A DNA stretch of 64,000 nucleotides from NCBI RefSeq assembly GCF_963921235.1, contig NC_086098.1, positions 9,176,001 through 9,240,000 of the forward strand. Direction: 5' to 3'. Of the stretch, positions 49,301-62,124 are shown piece after piece; the stretch's first letter is position 1, and every line of letters begins with the position of its first letter. A program made the position numbers and the translations under genes. This DNA comes from Mobula hypostoma. Its lineage: Eukaryota. A model generated the notes under the pieces. The model was not told where the DNA came from. It saw only the letters and a list, made by a program, of their open reading frames with translations, and made no database searches.

Positions 49301-50648
49301 ATAAGAGACATCTTGGGAATCAAAGTTGGCGGTGAAAACATCGATAGTTTCAGATATGCAGATGACACTGTGTTAATTGCAAGTACAGAGGAAGACTACA
49401 AAACTAATTAATATTGTTGTTGAAGAAAGAGAGATCCATTTTTTGCACTATCAATTGCAAAAAGACAGAATGTATGGCGATATCCAAAGAGAAGGAGCAT
49501 CCTATCTGCAGGCTGAGAATAAATGGGGAAGACATAAAACAAGTACAGAACTCTTGCTACTTAGGAAGCTGGGTGAGATCAGATGGCAGGTGCGATATGG
49601 ACATCAAAAGAATAATAGGGATGGCAAAAGACACCTTTACGATAATGAAGAGTATACTGACCAATACTAAACTAGGCATGACAACCCGCCTCAGAGTACT
49701 GAAATGTTACGTTTATCCAGTTATGTTATATGGCTCAGAATGTTGGACAATATCTAGTAACATGAGGAAATGAATTGAAGCAACAGAGATCTGGTTTTTG
49801 AGGAGGATGCAAAGAATATCATGGACGAAACGAATATCTAATGATGTCATGAACAGAGCAAACACAAAACGAGAAGTAATGTATGAGATCATGAAAAGGC
49901 AACGTAACTTCATTGGACATGTGATTAGGAAAGAGGAGCTAGAATGCACGGTAATTATGGGAAAGATTGAAGGGAAGAAAGCAAGAAGAAGATAAAGACA
50001 AATGATGATGGATACAGCAGCCAGAGAACTGGAAATGAATACCAATGAATTGATCCACTTGACCCGAAACAGGAGTGTGTGGGCCATGGCCGTCAAAGCT
50101 CAAACTGGGCACTGCACCTGATGATGATGATGATACTGACATTGGAGAGGGTTCAGAGAAGATTGACGAGAATGATTCCAGGAATGAAAGGATTACCATA
50201 TGAGGATCATCTGGCAGCTCTTAGGCTGTATTCCTTGGAGTTCAGGAGATTGAAGGAGTCATCGCTTAGAAATATTCCGAATGTTAAAAGGCCTGAACAG
50301 ATTAGATATGCCAAAGTTATTTCCCATGGTGGGGGAATGTAGAACATGAGGTCACGACTTTGGGATTGAAAGATGTCCATTTAGAGCAGAGATGTGAAGA
50401 AATTACTTTCGTCAAAGGGTGGTAAATCTGTGGAATTCGTTGCCACAAGCGTTTGTGGAAGCCAAGTCATTGAGTGCATTTAAGGCAGAGATGGATAGTT
50501 TCTAGATTAGCCAGGGTATCAAAGAGTATGGGGAGAAGGCAGCGGAGTGGGGGTGACTGGAAGAATTGGATCAGCCCATGATTGAATGGCGGAGCAGACC
50601 TGATGGGCCAAATGGCTTACTTCTGTTCCTATATCTTATGGTCTTATG
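46372..50648 (+). pseudogene. Long CR1 ORF2 relic (APE endonuclease, RT, 3' UTR), multiply disrupted, split by an RTE insertion
   Basis: VYRPPNS, IVGDFN, EPTRG, NDHN; YRPVSLTSVLGKLLE, SGVPQGSVLGPLLF, LYKALLRPHLEYC; stops, frameshifts, FADD motif disrupted near 48090. Confidence 0.95.
48512..50132 (+). mobile_element. RTE-clade LINE with 5'-UTR-like head, internal deletions, (tga)n tail and 12-bp TSD
   Basis: atactgacattg at 48500-48511 and 50133-50144; EQCGFVKD|NTKAFDKVKH, QGCVFSPDLFN, FRYADD (49349-49366), MLYGSECWT, MGKIEGKKAR. Confidence 0.93.
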
Positions 50649-51453
50649 ACAAGTGCATTGTCGGCATCTACTCAATAAAGTGGAAAATTACCCAGGTATA
50701 TTTTGCCCATGAAAATCGGGACACATCTAACTGTGCTAATCATTGCATTCTCAATCACCATCAAAAAGACTGAAAAGGATAGTCAAACTGTGCTATTTGG
50801 TGGCACTTAAATGGCCACTGTTACTGTGATACTCATTCTGGGTTTCAGCAGGCCTGCTCCATTGCAGCATGGTCCAGTGATGGAGCAAAGAGATCACTTC
50901 TAGAGGGGAGCTGCTACAGTCATGTTAATCAGTAATCTACCTTCATTTGAAAAGCAACAGCAATATTGTTACCAAAAAGTCCACCTCCAACATTTTGTGA
51001 TGTCACCAGTGACCAACAACTTGGATGGACCAGCTACATAAATACTCTGTTTACGCAACAAGTCTGAGCCTGAGTGTTTTATGGAATGTTACTTATCTCC
51101 TGGCACCCCAAAGTTTCTCCACCAAAATGTAAAATGATAAAAAAAAAAATGAGCTAAGGGGCTTTTAATGGTGTATGCTTTCCAAAAAGTGTATGTATTC
51201 ACCTGAACAGTTTGCTTTGGGCAGATGTTAAGTGACTTGTTATGAGGTGATGGTTTTTAAAGAAGAAAGGATTGCTGAATTTGTGCAGATTTATTTCAGA
51301 ACTTTAACCATCTTGCACACATTTGTCTGAGAATGTCTGCTTTTTGCCCTTTGCCTGATAACTCTGTGAAGTTTAGTTTTCAGAAAATAAAACATAGTTG
51401 CTGGTATTTGTTTAGAAGTTTAAGACCTGAAAGACTGACTGAAGGTTAATTTA

Positions 51454-51854
51454 CTCACTGCCCATTACGCTGCTGGTGTTTAGGGCAGAAACAAAGGTGC
51501 CTCCACTTTGTTGGTGTCTAGAGCTTCCTTCATTGCGTCAGTAGCTTCTGTTCGGTTTTCACAATTGTCAGTCATGCGACTGGGTGGAGTCTCACAAATA
51601 CTATCACATTCAGATGTAGAAGGATTCTTCATTGTTGTTTCTGTAACAATTTTGTTTTGCTATTGAGAGTTGTTAGCCCTGAATGGAACTCCCGAACCTG
51701 GAGGACCAGTGACCACTTTTAGTCTGGCTTCTACCTTTTGACCTGTTTGGCCAAGAGCCAAAACGTAAAGCCCTGTCTTTGGCCAATATAGCTCTCTGGG
51801 TTATTGAGGCATGCAAGCCTCCATATCGTGACAAGATTGTGTTCCTCGTGGAGG
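51454..51854 (-). mobile_element. 401-bp bipartite RTE-derived element with perfect 13-bp TSD
   Basis: gaaggttaattta at 51441-51453 and 51855-51867; minus 3' end resembles RTE C-terminus (..FVSALNTSSVMGSE*); head matches 30211-30335. Confidence 0.8.
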
Positions 51855-53289
51855 GAAGGTTAATTTAGTTTGGTGCTAAAACCAGCAGAGTACATTAAGG
51901 GCATGCTCTCTATAATCTTATGATGGTATAACTTTTCCTGGCAGGTGCACATTAGAAGTGGGCATGGGGAATATTGTTCTTTGAAAGAGTTAACCCTGCC
52001 ATTTCAGCCATGATTTTCTTGGTGGTGGAACAGCAGAATAACCTTGAACACAATTGAATTGCCTGTCAATTTTAAAATGAGGTCATACGACATCTGTGAG
52101 ATAATTTCATTTAATTTTTGTGTGACTATAGTTTGGCTGTGTTCTTAAGCCTGATTATTAAGTCATTGCCGTCAGGAATAACATGCCTAATACTTGTACT
52201 TGACAGCAGTCAGTTCAATAACTAAGGTTTCTTCACTAAGCTGAAGCTAACTGAAAGATGAAATTTCAACTAAATGTACAGAGCATGAGATCATTCTAAT
52301 CAATACAATGCCTAAATGCCTCACTTTAGTGCATGACATCAGTGCTAGACATTGAGTGGTGGGATGGATTTCACTCTGTATGATTTCCCATGTTAAGATG
52401 AGAATTTAGTCATTCATCGTTCTTGGCATATTGTGTGCAGAGATATGAGAATGCCTTAAGGTACTGCAGCAATCCTGTAGTATAACCTGTAATGAAATAA
52501 GCAAAGAATGTCAATTGCATTCTTTTATAAATCATTTATAAAAGTGAGAGATTAAATCTAAGTCTCCTCTTATTCTCCTTTTGGGTATTGTAGAACGAAA
52601 CTCTGCAGATGGAGTAGACAAAAGGTAAAGCTCGCAGAACTAATTTGGCTGCCTGATATATAACGTATGATGTAATCTTTAATCCATTCCAGTACTGTGG
52701 ACAAATGAAAGTAAACCACAATTTTATCCCTTTGCATCATTCTTATTTTTATGTTTTCCATTTATGCTTTAAGTTCTGCTATTTTGTTTTTAATGTCATG
52801 TGTTATTTTCAACAAAATTACTTGATCAATTCCATGTCCTAAGATACTTCAAATAATTTTATTATATTTTTAATAGCAACGTAATTAGATTTGTGATTAG
52901 TAAAGTCCAGGTTCATTGCATATAATTATTAATATTACCAGAAAATTGATATTAATTAATATGAGAATAATTATGCATGTACTGTAGTGGTAATCTTGGT
53001 CAGAATGGCAGAAGCATTAAAAACTAAACTTGAATGGCCTATAAAATTTGATTCTGAACTGAGATTATATGTTTGAAATCACCCAAGTATTTTTATACAT
53101 TATGAAATTAGCAGTAACTTTAATTGGTTGTAGGTCCTTCGACAATTTACTAATGGAGGTTCCAGTCAGTATTAGAGATGTTAAAAACACCTGCTTTAAC
53201 AGTCCTATAATTACTACACCTATCAGTGATTTTCCTGCATTTCTGCTCCTCTAATTCCAGCTGGTAATTTGGGGACTTATTGTGCGATC

Positions 53290-53692
53290 CCATCAAAGTG
53301 ATTCAGGTTGTCTTAGAGGACAGTGGTTGATAATGATCACCATCACAAGCCTGGGCAGAAGGTCTGCAGATCCTGAATTGCCCATTTGTCAAGACCCCCC
53401 TCTCGGCCCCACCAGCGTAGTCCAAAGGCAAGCTTGTGAAGCAATATGTTTAGCACCAGCTTGGCTGCTGGAGCTGCCTGAAAGACGTTGAATGACATCC
53501 AGCCACCTTAGGGGCTCCACTCTGGATTTTCTGTTGGGGTTTACTCCTGTAGCCTCCGTCTATTCCGAGGCTGCCCATGGGGCTATTTACCCATAGCTGG
53601 GGGTTTGGCTCACGAGCACCAGGGTGTGTCCACACACCAGTGGGCCTGCATGCTACGTGTGCAGAGGCCACGCCTCTTTCCTGTCCTTTGGT
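53290..53692 (-). mobile_element. GC-rich RTE-5'-UTR-like element related to 36534-36720
   Basis: ttgcccatttgtcaagacccccctctcggccccaccagcgtagtccaaagg parallels ttgcccatgctgcaagtctcccctctccacgacaccaatgttgtccaaggg. Confidence 0.5.
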
Positions 53693-53699
53693 GACACAC

Positions 53700-54010
53700 A
53701 GATCAAAGTGATCCCACCTTCCTTATTTCTATGTTCTACACACACACCTTGGACCTTCTGTCCAGCATATCCTATCTAATTACTGCCACGATGATCTCTC
53801 TGACCAATAGCATAACACCTGTTTCTCTCTATCCTCTACCTCTTTCACGACAGAAGCATTGATACCCTGGAACATTAAACTGCCAGTCGTGTTCATCCCT
53901 CAGTCAAGTTTCCGTAATAGCTACAATATCACAATCCCTTGTGCCAATCTATGCTCTGAGTTGATCTGCCTTGGCTGCCAAACTTCTTACATTAAAATAA
54001 ATGCTCTTCA
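53700..54010 (-). mobile_element. Old CR1 APE endonuclease N-terminal remnant
   Basis: Minus IYFNVRSLAAKADQLRA*IGTRDCDIVAITET*LRDEHDWQFNVPGY. Confidence 0.78.
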
Positions 54011-54409
54011 GCTGGTCAGGCCTTCCTCACTTGCTTGTGCCCTGCTTGACCTTTCTCACTCTAACCTCTACATTTACTTGAACTTTCATATCTGTTGGAC
54101 TGCAACTTTAAGCTCTACTTTAGCAATGTAGCGTATATAGCTAAATTGTTCTGCACTGATAGCCTTTTTCACTTGACCAGGTGCCTTTTTTTTTCCTGAT
54201 CCAGACAACATAGAATTTGGGAGAAGTCATTTCTTGACTTTTTAAATTAACAACAAAGTCACAATTCATTAGCATTGCAGTAAGAGCCTACACGATAGGG
54301 TTTTGTGTCCTCCATGTGCCAGTGTTATTTTGGGAAGCTACAATTATTTGAGTAGAAGATACAGTAAGTAAGATATCATTACCAATTAAACTACAGCCAA
54401 CTTCCTATC

Positions 54410-54540
54410 ATTATGGAGTCAAGGGATATGGGGAGAAGGCAGGAACAGGGTACTGAGTGTGGATGATCAGCCATGATCACAGTGAATAGTGGTGCTGGCT
54501 CAAAGGGCCGAATAGTCTACTCCTGCACCTATTGTCTATT
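54410..54540 (+). mobile_element. CR1 3' tail
   Basis: ggagtcaagggatatggggagaaggcagg..ctactcctgcacctattgtctat. Confidence 0.85.
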
Positions 54541-56599
54541 ACTTCATCACATTTAGGTCTGGATTGCGTTTTTCTTTCTTTTCGAGCTTGATAAGTTTTG
54601 TTACTGTGCTGATGATTTAAAGGACCTTTAACAAGGAAAGCATTCGAAGCTCACAATACAGCAAAATGCTGCTCTGAGTATTTCTGTTTAATCATAAATA
54701 GTTATTTAGGAGCCAGGTACAGGGAAAAAGAGAATACTGTACTTGTGAACTGAAGGCAGGTTTGTTCCAACGTGTATGGTATTTTAGAAGTGTGAAATTA
54801 CTTGTCATACTCACCTAATGTCCCTGTAAATACTACTGGTTTCCAGTTTTAGTACCATCATTTTTGGGTATGAGTTTGGCGCCTCACGGGATGCTTATTC
54901 TGTTGGGAGAGTCATCGTGCAGTTATAGTGATACTGAGTGACCATGGCAGCTGTCCTCTAAAGAAACCACTATCATACTTCACCATCTGGAGAAAATGTA
55001 CGTGTCAGAAAATGCAATGGCGACACTTTAGAAGAAGAGATTTGAAGAGAGCAGTCTTTAATTTTAATTTTGCTATGCAACCGTTTTCTTAGTTTTTCTT
55101 TTTAGCTCAGGATTTTTACTTGAATTCTTTTTGGTCATTATGTATTCTATATTATATTTGTTATTGTAATTTATAGTTTATTTATGTAATTGCACTGTAC
55201 TGCTGCCACAAAACAACAAATTTGTCAGTGATGGTAAACCTGTTTCTGAAGCAGCTTTAGCTTTTTATCCCATTCCCACCATCATTTCCAGGCTTTCTCA
55301 TCAACTTCGTATCATTGAACAGCACCAGCTCCACTCAGACGGAATCAATCTGTGTTCTGTATGAGCATTTTGAAAGACTTATGCAGCATTTTTAAAGAAA
55401 ACTGTATGAAATAGAAACTCTACGTGCTTGATATTTATTTATCATTCAACACCAGGCAGGCTCTCCCATTGAGCCTACGTTGACCATCAGCACTCAGTGA
55501 AACTAATTCCCAATAGTTCCCACATGGGTTTACCACTCACCTGCAATATATATTAGAGCTAATTTATTGTGACCAGTTGGCCTACCAATCTTCACATCTT
55601 TGTGAGACAAAAGGAATGAGAAAACCCTAATGGAGATGTAGAGAATATATAAACTTTACCTAGATAGCACCTGAGTTTAAGATTGAATGTGTTCATTGGA
55701 AATGTAAGACAGCAGCTATTAGTTACTCCACTATGCTGTCATGTTTTTAAATTTGGAGTTATTTTTTAATAAAACTGTTTCTCAAGTAGACTTTTTTTAG
55801 GGAGGGGGTTCAGTTTTTATTAGGCTTATTTATTTTCTTTCCCTTTTAGGAAGAAAGGCTATGAGGATCAAAGAGTTCTAATCTCTGTCAGTGTTTTGCA
55901 AAAATTCAAAAGGACAACTTTTTGTCAGTCTGTCATGGTGAATGTTACAGCTGTAGTGAAAACACTAATTTCAAGGTTGCTTAATTGTAAAATATGAGAA
56001 CATTAAGAGCTACAAGTCTTATCTGTATGTGGTACTTGTATGTTATGAGTTGAAGATGAATTTGAAAGGGTGGATCAGTCATAAAGTCTGGACCACATTG
56101 CTTTTTCCAGCTTGGTACTGGGTGACCAACTACCATCCATTAGCATGGCTGAATATAACACAAGTCCTCCCCCAGCATGAATGGGTAACTTTTCACAGAA
56201 GGCAGTGAGTCCCTGATTCGAAGATCAGCTGCAAAAGCTGTCACTAAAAATGGATATCTGAATGTTTTTGACAATCTCAAACACTCAGAAAATTGTGCGC
56301 CATGAAAACGTAAAAATATATAATTTTGCAAAGCCTAAACATAAAGATGTATACTTCAAAATAAATTTTAAACGTGCTAACCCAAATAAAAATAGCTGTT
56401 CTCACAGAGGCTATTTGATCCCATTTATTTTAATGGAGCTGGTATACTTGGAGCAAGTTAATTTGACACAGATTCTTGGGCAGGTTTCCCAATCTCCTGG
56501 CAAAGTGTGGGAGCTCAGGGACCACCAGTTAAGTGCAGTGGAACCCAGTGAGTTACATCAGGTAATTGGCCTTTGAGCTCTCTATCTCATAAACTCAAG

Positions 56600-56955
56600 A
56601 GATTCAGGAGATGATGGAAATCCACACATAATGCTCGAGGAACTCAGCAGGTCAGGTTGCATCTATGGAAAGGAATAAAAAGCCAACATTTCAGGTCAAG
56701 ACCTTTCATCAGGACTTGAATTGGGGGGGGGGGAGTGGCGCAGCAGAGGGGAGAGGCCAGAATAAGAAGCTGGGGAAGGAGTACAAGCTTGAAGATGATA
56801 GATGAAGCCAGGTCGGTGGGAGTTGAAGTGAGATGCTGGATGATAGGTAGGGCTGAAGAAGAAGGAATCTGATAGGACAGGAGAGTGAACATGGGAGAAA
56901 GGGAAGGAGGAGGCTCACCTGAGGGAGGAGATAAGCAGGTGAGGAGAAGAGGACA
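56600..56955 (-). mobile_element. PLE pLTR/UTR fragment
   Basis: gaggaactcagcaggtcagg..catttcaggtcaagacctttcatcaggact. Confidence 0.8.
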
Positions 56956-57671
56956 ATCTATCTCAGCATCTTGTATCTTCAAGGTCTCAAAAATAGTGGT
57001 CAGGTGTTTCCAACAGGCCAAGCAGCATCCACAGAAAGAGAAAGGGTAGGCGTGTTGGATCCAAGATGCTTTGTCTGGAATCATTGCTCTGCCCAGGAAT
57101 AGCTGTATTTTGCTAGTGTTGCTATGATTTACTTGGCCTGCTGGGTGCTTTCATCATCTTCCGGGTGAGTCAGTTTTCATTCTGTTGTAGGTAGTCATGG
57201 TTTCCGCAGGTTGGGGGTAAAAGAAGGCTATATATATATATACATCAGCATAATTATATTGTAATTCTTATTCACAAGTGAAAGCGAACCTGAGTATTGT
57301 GAAATATATTACTAATTTGCTGATTCTATGAACAATTTTATGGCAAGAGCAAATGATCCAGGAGGATTACTGAGTAGTGTATATTTTATTGGTTCACTGT
57401 CTTAACACTCTGACATTAAGTACCAAATGAGCAACACAGCAGGCACTATTTATAATTGGCAGTCAATGAATGTGTCCTAATGGGTATTATTTACTCTTAA
57501 TGTGTCTTAACTTTTTAAGTAGCTGGATGGTATTGTTAAGTACATGTAAAGCTCATTGTGTCACCCTGACACTGTAAGAACGTGAACTCAGTGTGGATTC
57601 AGCTGCAGTTTTTGACTTTTGATTTATTCAAATTGACAGACAAATTAGCTGCACCATTTAGAGAGATAGGA

Positions 57672-58273
57672 GAAGTTAGCTTTATTTGTCACATGTACAT
57701 CGAAACTTATAGTGAAATACCAACACAGTCCAAGGAAACACAAAGACAAGAAAATCTGTAGATGCTGGAAATCCAAAGCAACACACACAATGCTGGAGGG
57801 GCTGCAGCAAGCCAGGAAGCATCTATAGAAAAGACAGCTGAATTTTCAGGCCGAGACCCTTCATCAGGAATGGAAAGGAAGGGGGAGGAAGTCAGAGTAA
57901 GAAGTTATGGGAAGGGAGGAAGAAACGCAAGGTAGCAGGGGATAGGTGAAACCGGGAGAGGAGGAGATGGTGAAGTAAGGAGCTTGGAATTTGATTGGTG
58001 AAAGAGATAAAGGGCTGGGAGAGAAGCACCAGAGGGAGATTATGAGAAGGTAAGGAGATAAGGGAGATGGAATATTCTTGGGGTAGTCCGCATGTCGCCA
58101 TGCTTCCATTGCCAACATATCATGCCCACAAATCTCTTAACCTTAACCGTACATCTTTTTGGAAAGTGGGAGGAAACCCACACGATCACAGGGAGAACAT
58201 ACAAACTCCTAACAGACAGCTGTGGAAATTGAAGCCTGATTGGTGATTCCTGCCGCTAACAGCTACGCTATCG
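57672..58273 (-). mobile_element. V-SINE (non-CR1 tail) interrupted by a PLE pLTR (~57737-58071)
   Basis: Tail ttagctttatttgtcacatgtacatcgaaac, then pLTR with ttcaggccgagacccttcatcagg, then V core gggaggaaacccacacgatcacagggagaac. Confidence 0.75.
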
Positions 58274-59184
58274 TACAAGGCCAAGAATCTTGGATGCATG
58301 ATTGCTAAAAGCATCGGCAGGACTGCAGAAGAAGGCATTGAGGAACAGAGTTCACGGGACCTGTACGGAGTATTACATGGCTAAAGGAGAAAACAGAAAT
58401 CGGAAGTGGTGTTGAGTGATAGGTTTCCAGTGTTGGGTAACCAGGCTAGGTTGCTGGTTTTGAACTGAATTGTAGAGGTCAATAGGTAGAAGGCTGGTCA
58501 AAGGTTGGAATTGTGCCATCTAATTCGGTAAGGACAAAGATTAGATAAATATTTAATTGGCAGCTGAATTATTTACTTATTCATGCTGAATTTGTTGTTT
58601 TTAGGAACATTATTGCCTTTCTATTTAATCCATATAGGAAATCAATTAAACAAACACTTTTGATGATCTTTCTGTGTAAGTATTAAAAGCAACAATCTTG
58701 ATTATATTTAAATATAATTGATTACAATTTTTAATAAGTCAGTGAAATACATTAAGAATAGCAGAATGCAATATGGCTTTAGTGTAATTATCATTATCAT
58801 ATTTTCTTTGAGAGCAAAATCTGTCTTTGTACAGCGATTGTGGTCCTTTTGCATTGATCTGTTAATGAGGAAAAAGCAAGATATGCTCACCTGCATTAAT
58901 TAGGATAAGGGAAATTCCTTGTGAATGCTCCTGGTAGCTTAAGGTAGTTATTTGATGAATCTTGTTTAGTTTTATGTGAGGCAAACTGTGCAGAGAGCTA
59001 GTTGTGTTTTTCTTTAAATGCTTGCTGACATTAACCAGCAAAGCAAAAACTGTATAATCCAAACCAAATGTATACCTCAGTACCACTCCTTCTCCATCCA
59101 GATACACAACCCTTGATCTGCCCAATTTCCAACCTGATACAAAACCCCGGTATCTCCCCCTCTCCATCCCAGTACCACATCTAG

Positions 59185-60075
59185 TCCATCCCAGTACACA
59201 GACACTGGCCCTCCGACCCATTAGACTTTGCCAAACCATTAATCTGCTTAGTCTCATCGATTTGCACCTGGACCATAGCCCTGCATACCCCTTATGCATG
59301 TACTTATCCAAATTTCTCTTAAATGTTAAAATTGATCCCTGGATCCACCACTTTCACTAGCAGCTTATTCCACACTCCCATAACCCTCTGACCGAAGGAA
59401 TCCCCTCATATGCATTTACCCTATTTATACCCTTCATTATTGTGTATACCGCTATCAAATCTCCCCTTGCTCTTCTACGTTCTAGAGAGAACATAGTATG
59501 TACTCCCTATAACTCAGGTCCGTAATTACCTTTAAACTAATGCATTATGATCACGAGATGCACTCTTCTGTCACCTGCCCTGTTGCTTCCCTAATAGGAG
59601 ATCTGGTATCAGTGCTCTCTCCATTCCTGAACGCATTTGATGAACTCATTCCCATTCAGCTCTTCTACGGTGTGGGAATCCCAGTCAATTTGTGGAAAGT
59701 TAAAATCATTTACTCTCACAACCTTATGTTCCTTGAAATAGTCGGCAACCTCTCTACAAATTTGTTCCTCTAAATTCCAGGGACTGTTGGGTGGTCTATA
59801 ATATAATCTCATTAACGTGGTCATATTCTTATTCCTCAGTTCTACCCATAAACCTCACTGGTGAGCTCTCCAGTCCATCCTGACCGAGCACTGCCGTGAC
59901 ATTTTCCCTGACTAGTAATGTCACCCTTCCCCTTTAATCCCTCCTGCTCTTATCACGTCTGCCCATCTGCAACCAAGTCTTACTGATAGTTGCAATGTCA
60001 TAATTCCATGTGCAGATCCATGCCCTAAGCTCATCCACCTTTCCCACAACACTCCTTAATTAAAATTTATGCACC
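59185..60075 (-). mobile_element. CR1 relics: 3' region (~59185-59520) and APE region (~59600-60075)
   Basis: Minus MDKYMHKGYAG; LYYRPPNSPWNLEEQICRE..NDFNFPQIDWDS..FIKCVQE. Confidence 0.8.
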
Positions 60076-60284
60076 TCAGAATATTAGTCCCACCATGCTT
60101 AACCTTTCATTTCCTGACATTGCATTGTATGTTGGCTTAACAACATCATCTTTCTGCACAACCACTCTACTATCTTTTCTGGTGCTCTTGTTCCTATCCC
60201 TGAGTGTTGGTTGTGTTGATTGTTAATTCAAATAACACATTTTTCTGTATGTTTCGATATATGTGCAATAAACATTTGACGTAC

Positions 60285-60510
60285 ATCTGTGGAATATGTT
60301 GCCACAGGCAGCTATGCAGGTCAAGTCATTGGGTATATTTAAGGCAGAAGTTGATAGATTTTTGATTAGTCAGGGCATGATGGGATACAGGGAGAAGACA
60401 GGAGAATGGGGCCAACAGGGAAATGGATCAGCCATGATGAAATGGTGGAACAGACTCGATGGGCCAAATGGCCTAATTCTGCTGCTGTAGCTTCTGGTTT
60501 TATGGTCTAT
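60285..60510 (+). mobile_element. CR1 3' fragment
   Basis: LWNMLPQAAMQVKSLGIFKAEVDRFLISQG and CR1 tail. Confidence 0.88.
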
Positions 60511-61867
60511 AAATAAATAAATCTGACTCTGATCAAATCCTTCAGGCAGTATTGTTCATGTTGTTACTATTTCAAAAAGTAAATCATGAACTTGTATATT
60601 TAAATTTTGTATTGTGTACTTTAGTATTTTTATGCAATGCACTTAATATTGTTTTTAAACATAACAAGGGTTTAAGGACAACAGGATTTGGAAATAAACA
60701 GTTCACACGCTATTCTGGCTAGCTCCTCAACATGTCAATTAGTAGATTGTTTCTTAAAGAGTTGCAGAATTTAGAAATAAGTTCATCTTTGCAGACAACA
60801 ATTGTGGACAAGTCTTTAAGCTACCCATGCAATGTTATGAATTATTGAAGTGGCTCTTGCGGTTGTCATGAATTACTTTGAGTGCCATTAAATTGTTTTG
60901 GGATCTTTTGGTCCTCTAATGCATCAGATATAATGAAAATCAGAGACCTTTTGTGGCTGGCGAGAATTTACTCTGTTTCAAGAACATTGCATTCATGGTG
61001 GGCATCGTGCACAAAGGCCTGGTTTTGTAATTTCCATTGTATTCATAGATGATGTGACAATGTTAAACCTTTGTCCCCTGAGGTATTAAAGATGTCCTGA
61101 TGTATTTTTTTGTGGTGCATAAATCATCTACTTAGAAATACATTCTAGTCGGTTGTGCCAAACTCAAAACACGAAAGCAACTGTGCATTCTATTTTAGTA
61201 TCTCCTTTAATAGATGCGACTTTTGGAAACCTAGTTGAATATACAGTTATTGGTGTATATATAGAGCAATATTTAAGTTCTCTTAGTTTTCTTTAGCTTC
61301 AAGATGGTATCTCTGAAATTCTTATTTTTCTTTTTGAATATTTCTGACCAGTTTTACTTGTGTCTTTATCCTATTGTGTCATTATGTTTTCATTAATCTT
61401 GAAGTTAAAAGAGGCTAAAAGAAGAAATCTACAGAGAAAGAGGAAAAAGCTTTAATAATTATTGTGTGGATTTTCTTGTCTTGAGTACTTGGTTGCACTT
61501 TTTGGTGAAGCACTGTACAGTGCAGACTACAAAGATTGCTTGTGGGACATAATTTCCATCTTCTACCATATTTTAACTCTGGAAGGTAGGAACACAAAAA
61601 ATGATTTTGACAGTCAGCTAGAGAAGAAAACTAAGCAACTGATTTGTTGTGTGAGGTTTTTGGTGGATTCTACTGTGCTTCTCTGTTTTGTAGCTGCCTA
61701 CGAGAAGATATGATCTCAAGGTTGTGTATGGTATACATACTTTGATAATAAATGTACCTTGAACAACAGTCATTAGGTTTTGGAGTTGCACTTGCAGTTA
61801 ATTGAGGGTTGCTGGCATTGATTTTATTTTTAATAAATGCTATAAGGATACTTAATGTTACAGTATA

Positions 61868-62124
61868 GGGTGCCATGGTAGAGTAGTGATCAGCATGAGC
61901 CTCTTACAGCTCGGGTTATTCTGGAGTTTGGAGTTCAATTTCAGGACTGGTCTGTAAGGAGTCTGAATGTTCTCCCCGTGGAATGTGTGCATCTTTTCCG
62001 GGTCCTCTGATTTCTTCCCACAGTTTAAAGACATACCGGGTAGATTAATTAGTCATTGCAAATTGCTCTCAGATTAGGCTGAGATTAAATCAGAGTTCGC
62101 TGGGATGCTGTATCTAAAAAAAAA
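61868..62124 (+). mobile_element. V-SINE
   Basis: Head tggtagagtagtgatcagc, gagttcaatt; core gttctccccgtgg..ttccgggtcctctgatttcttcccacagtttaaagac. Confidence 0.72.

Noticed and set aside
55850..55975. Exon after strong polypyrimidine acceptor
   Set aside because: No recognisable product or strong donor
3496..62124. tRNA genes
   Set aside because: tRNA-like segments are SINE heads without full cloverleafs
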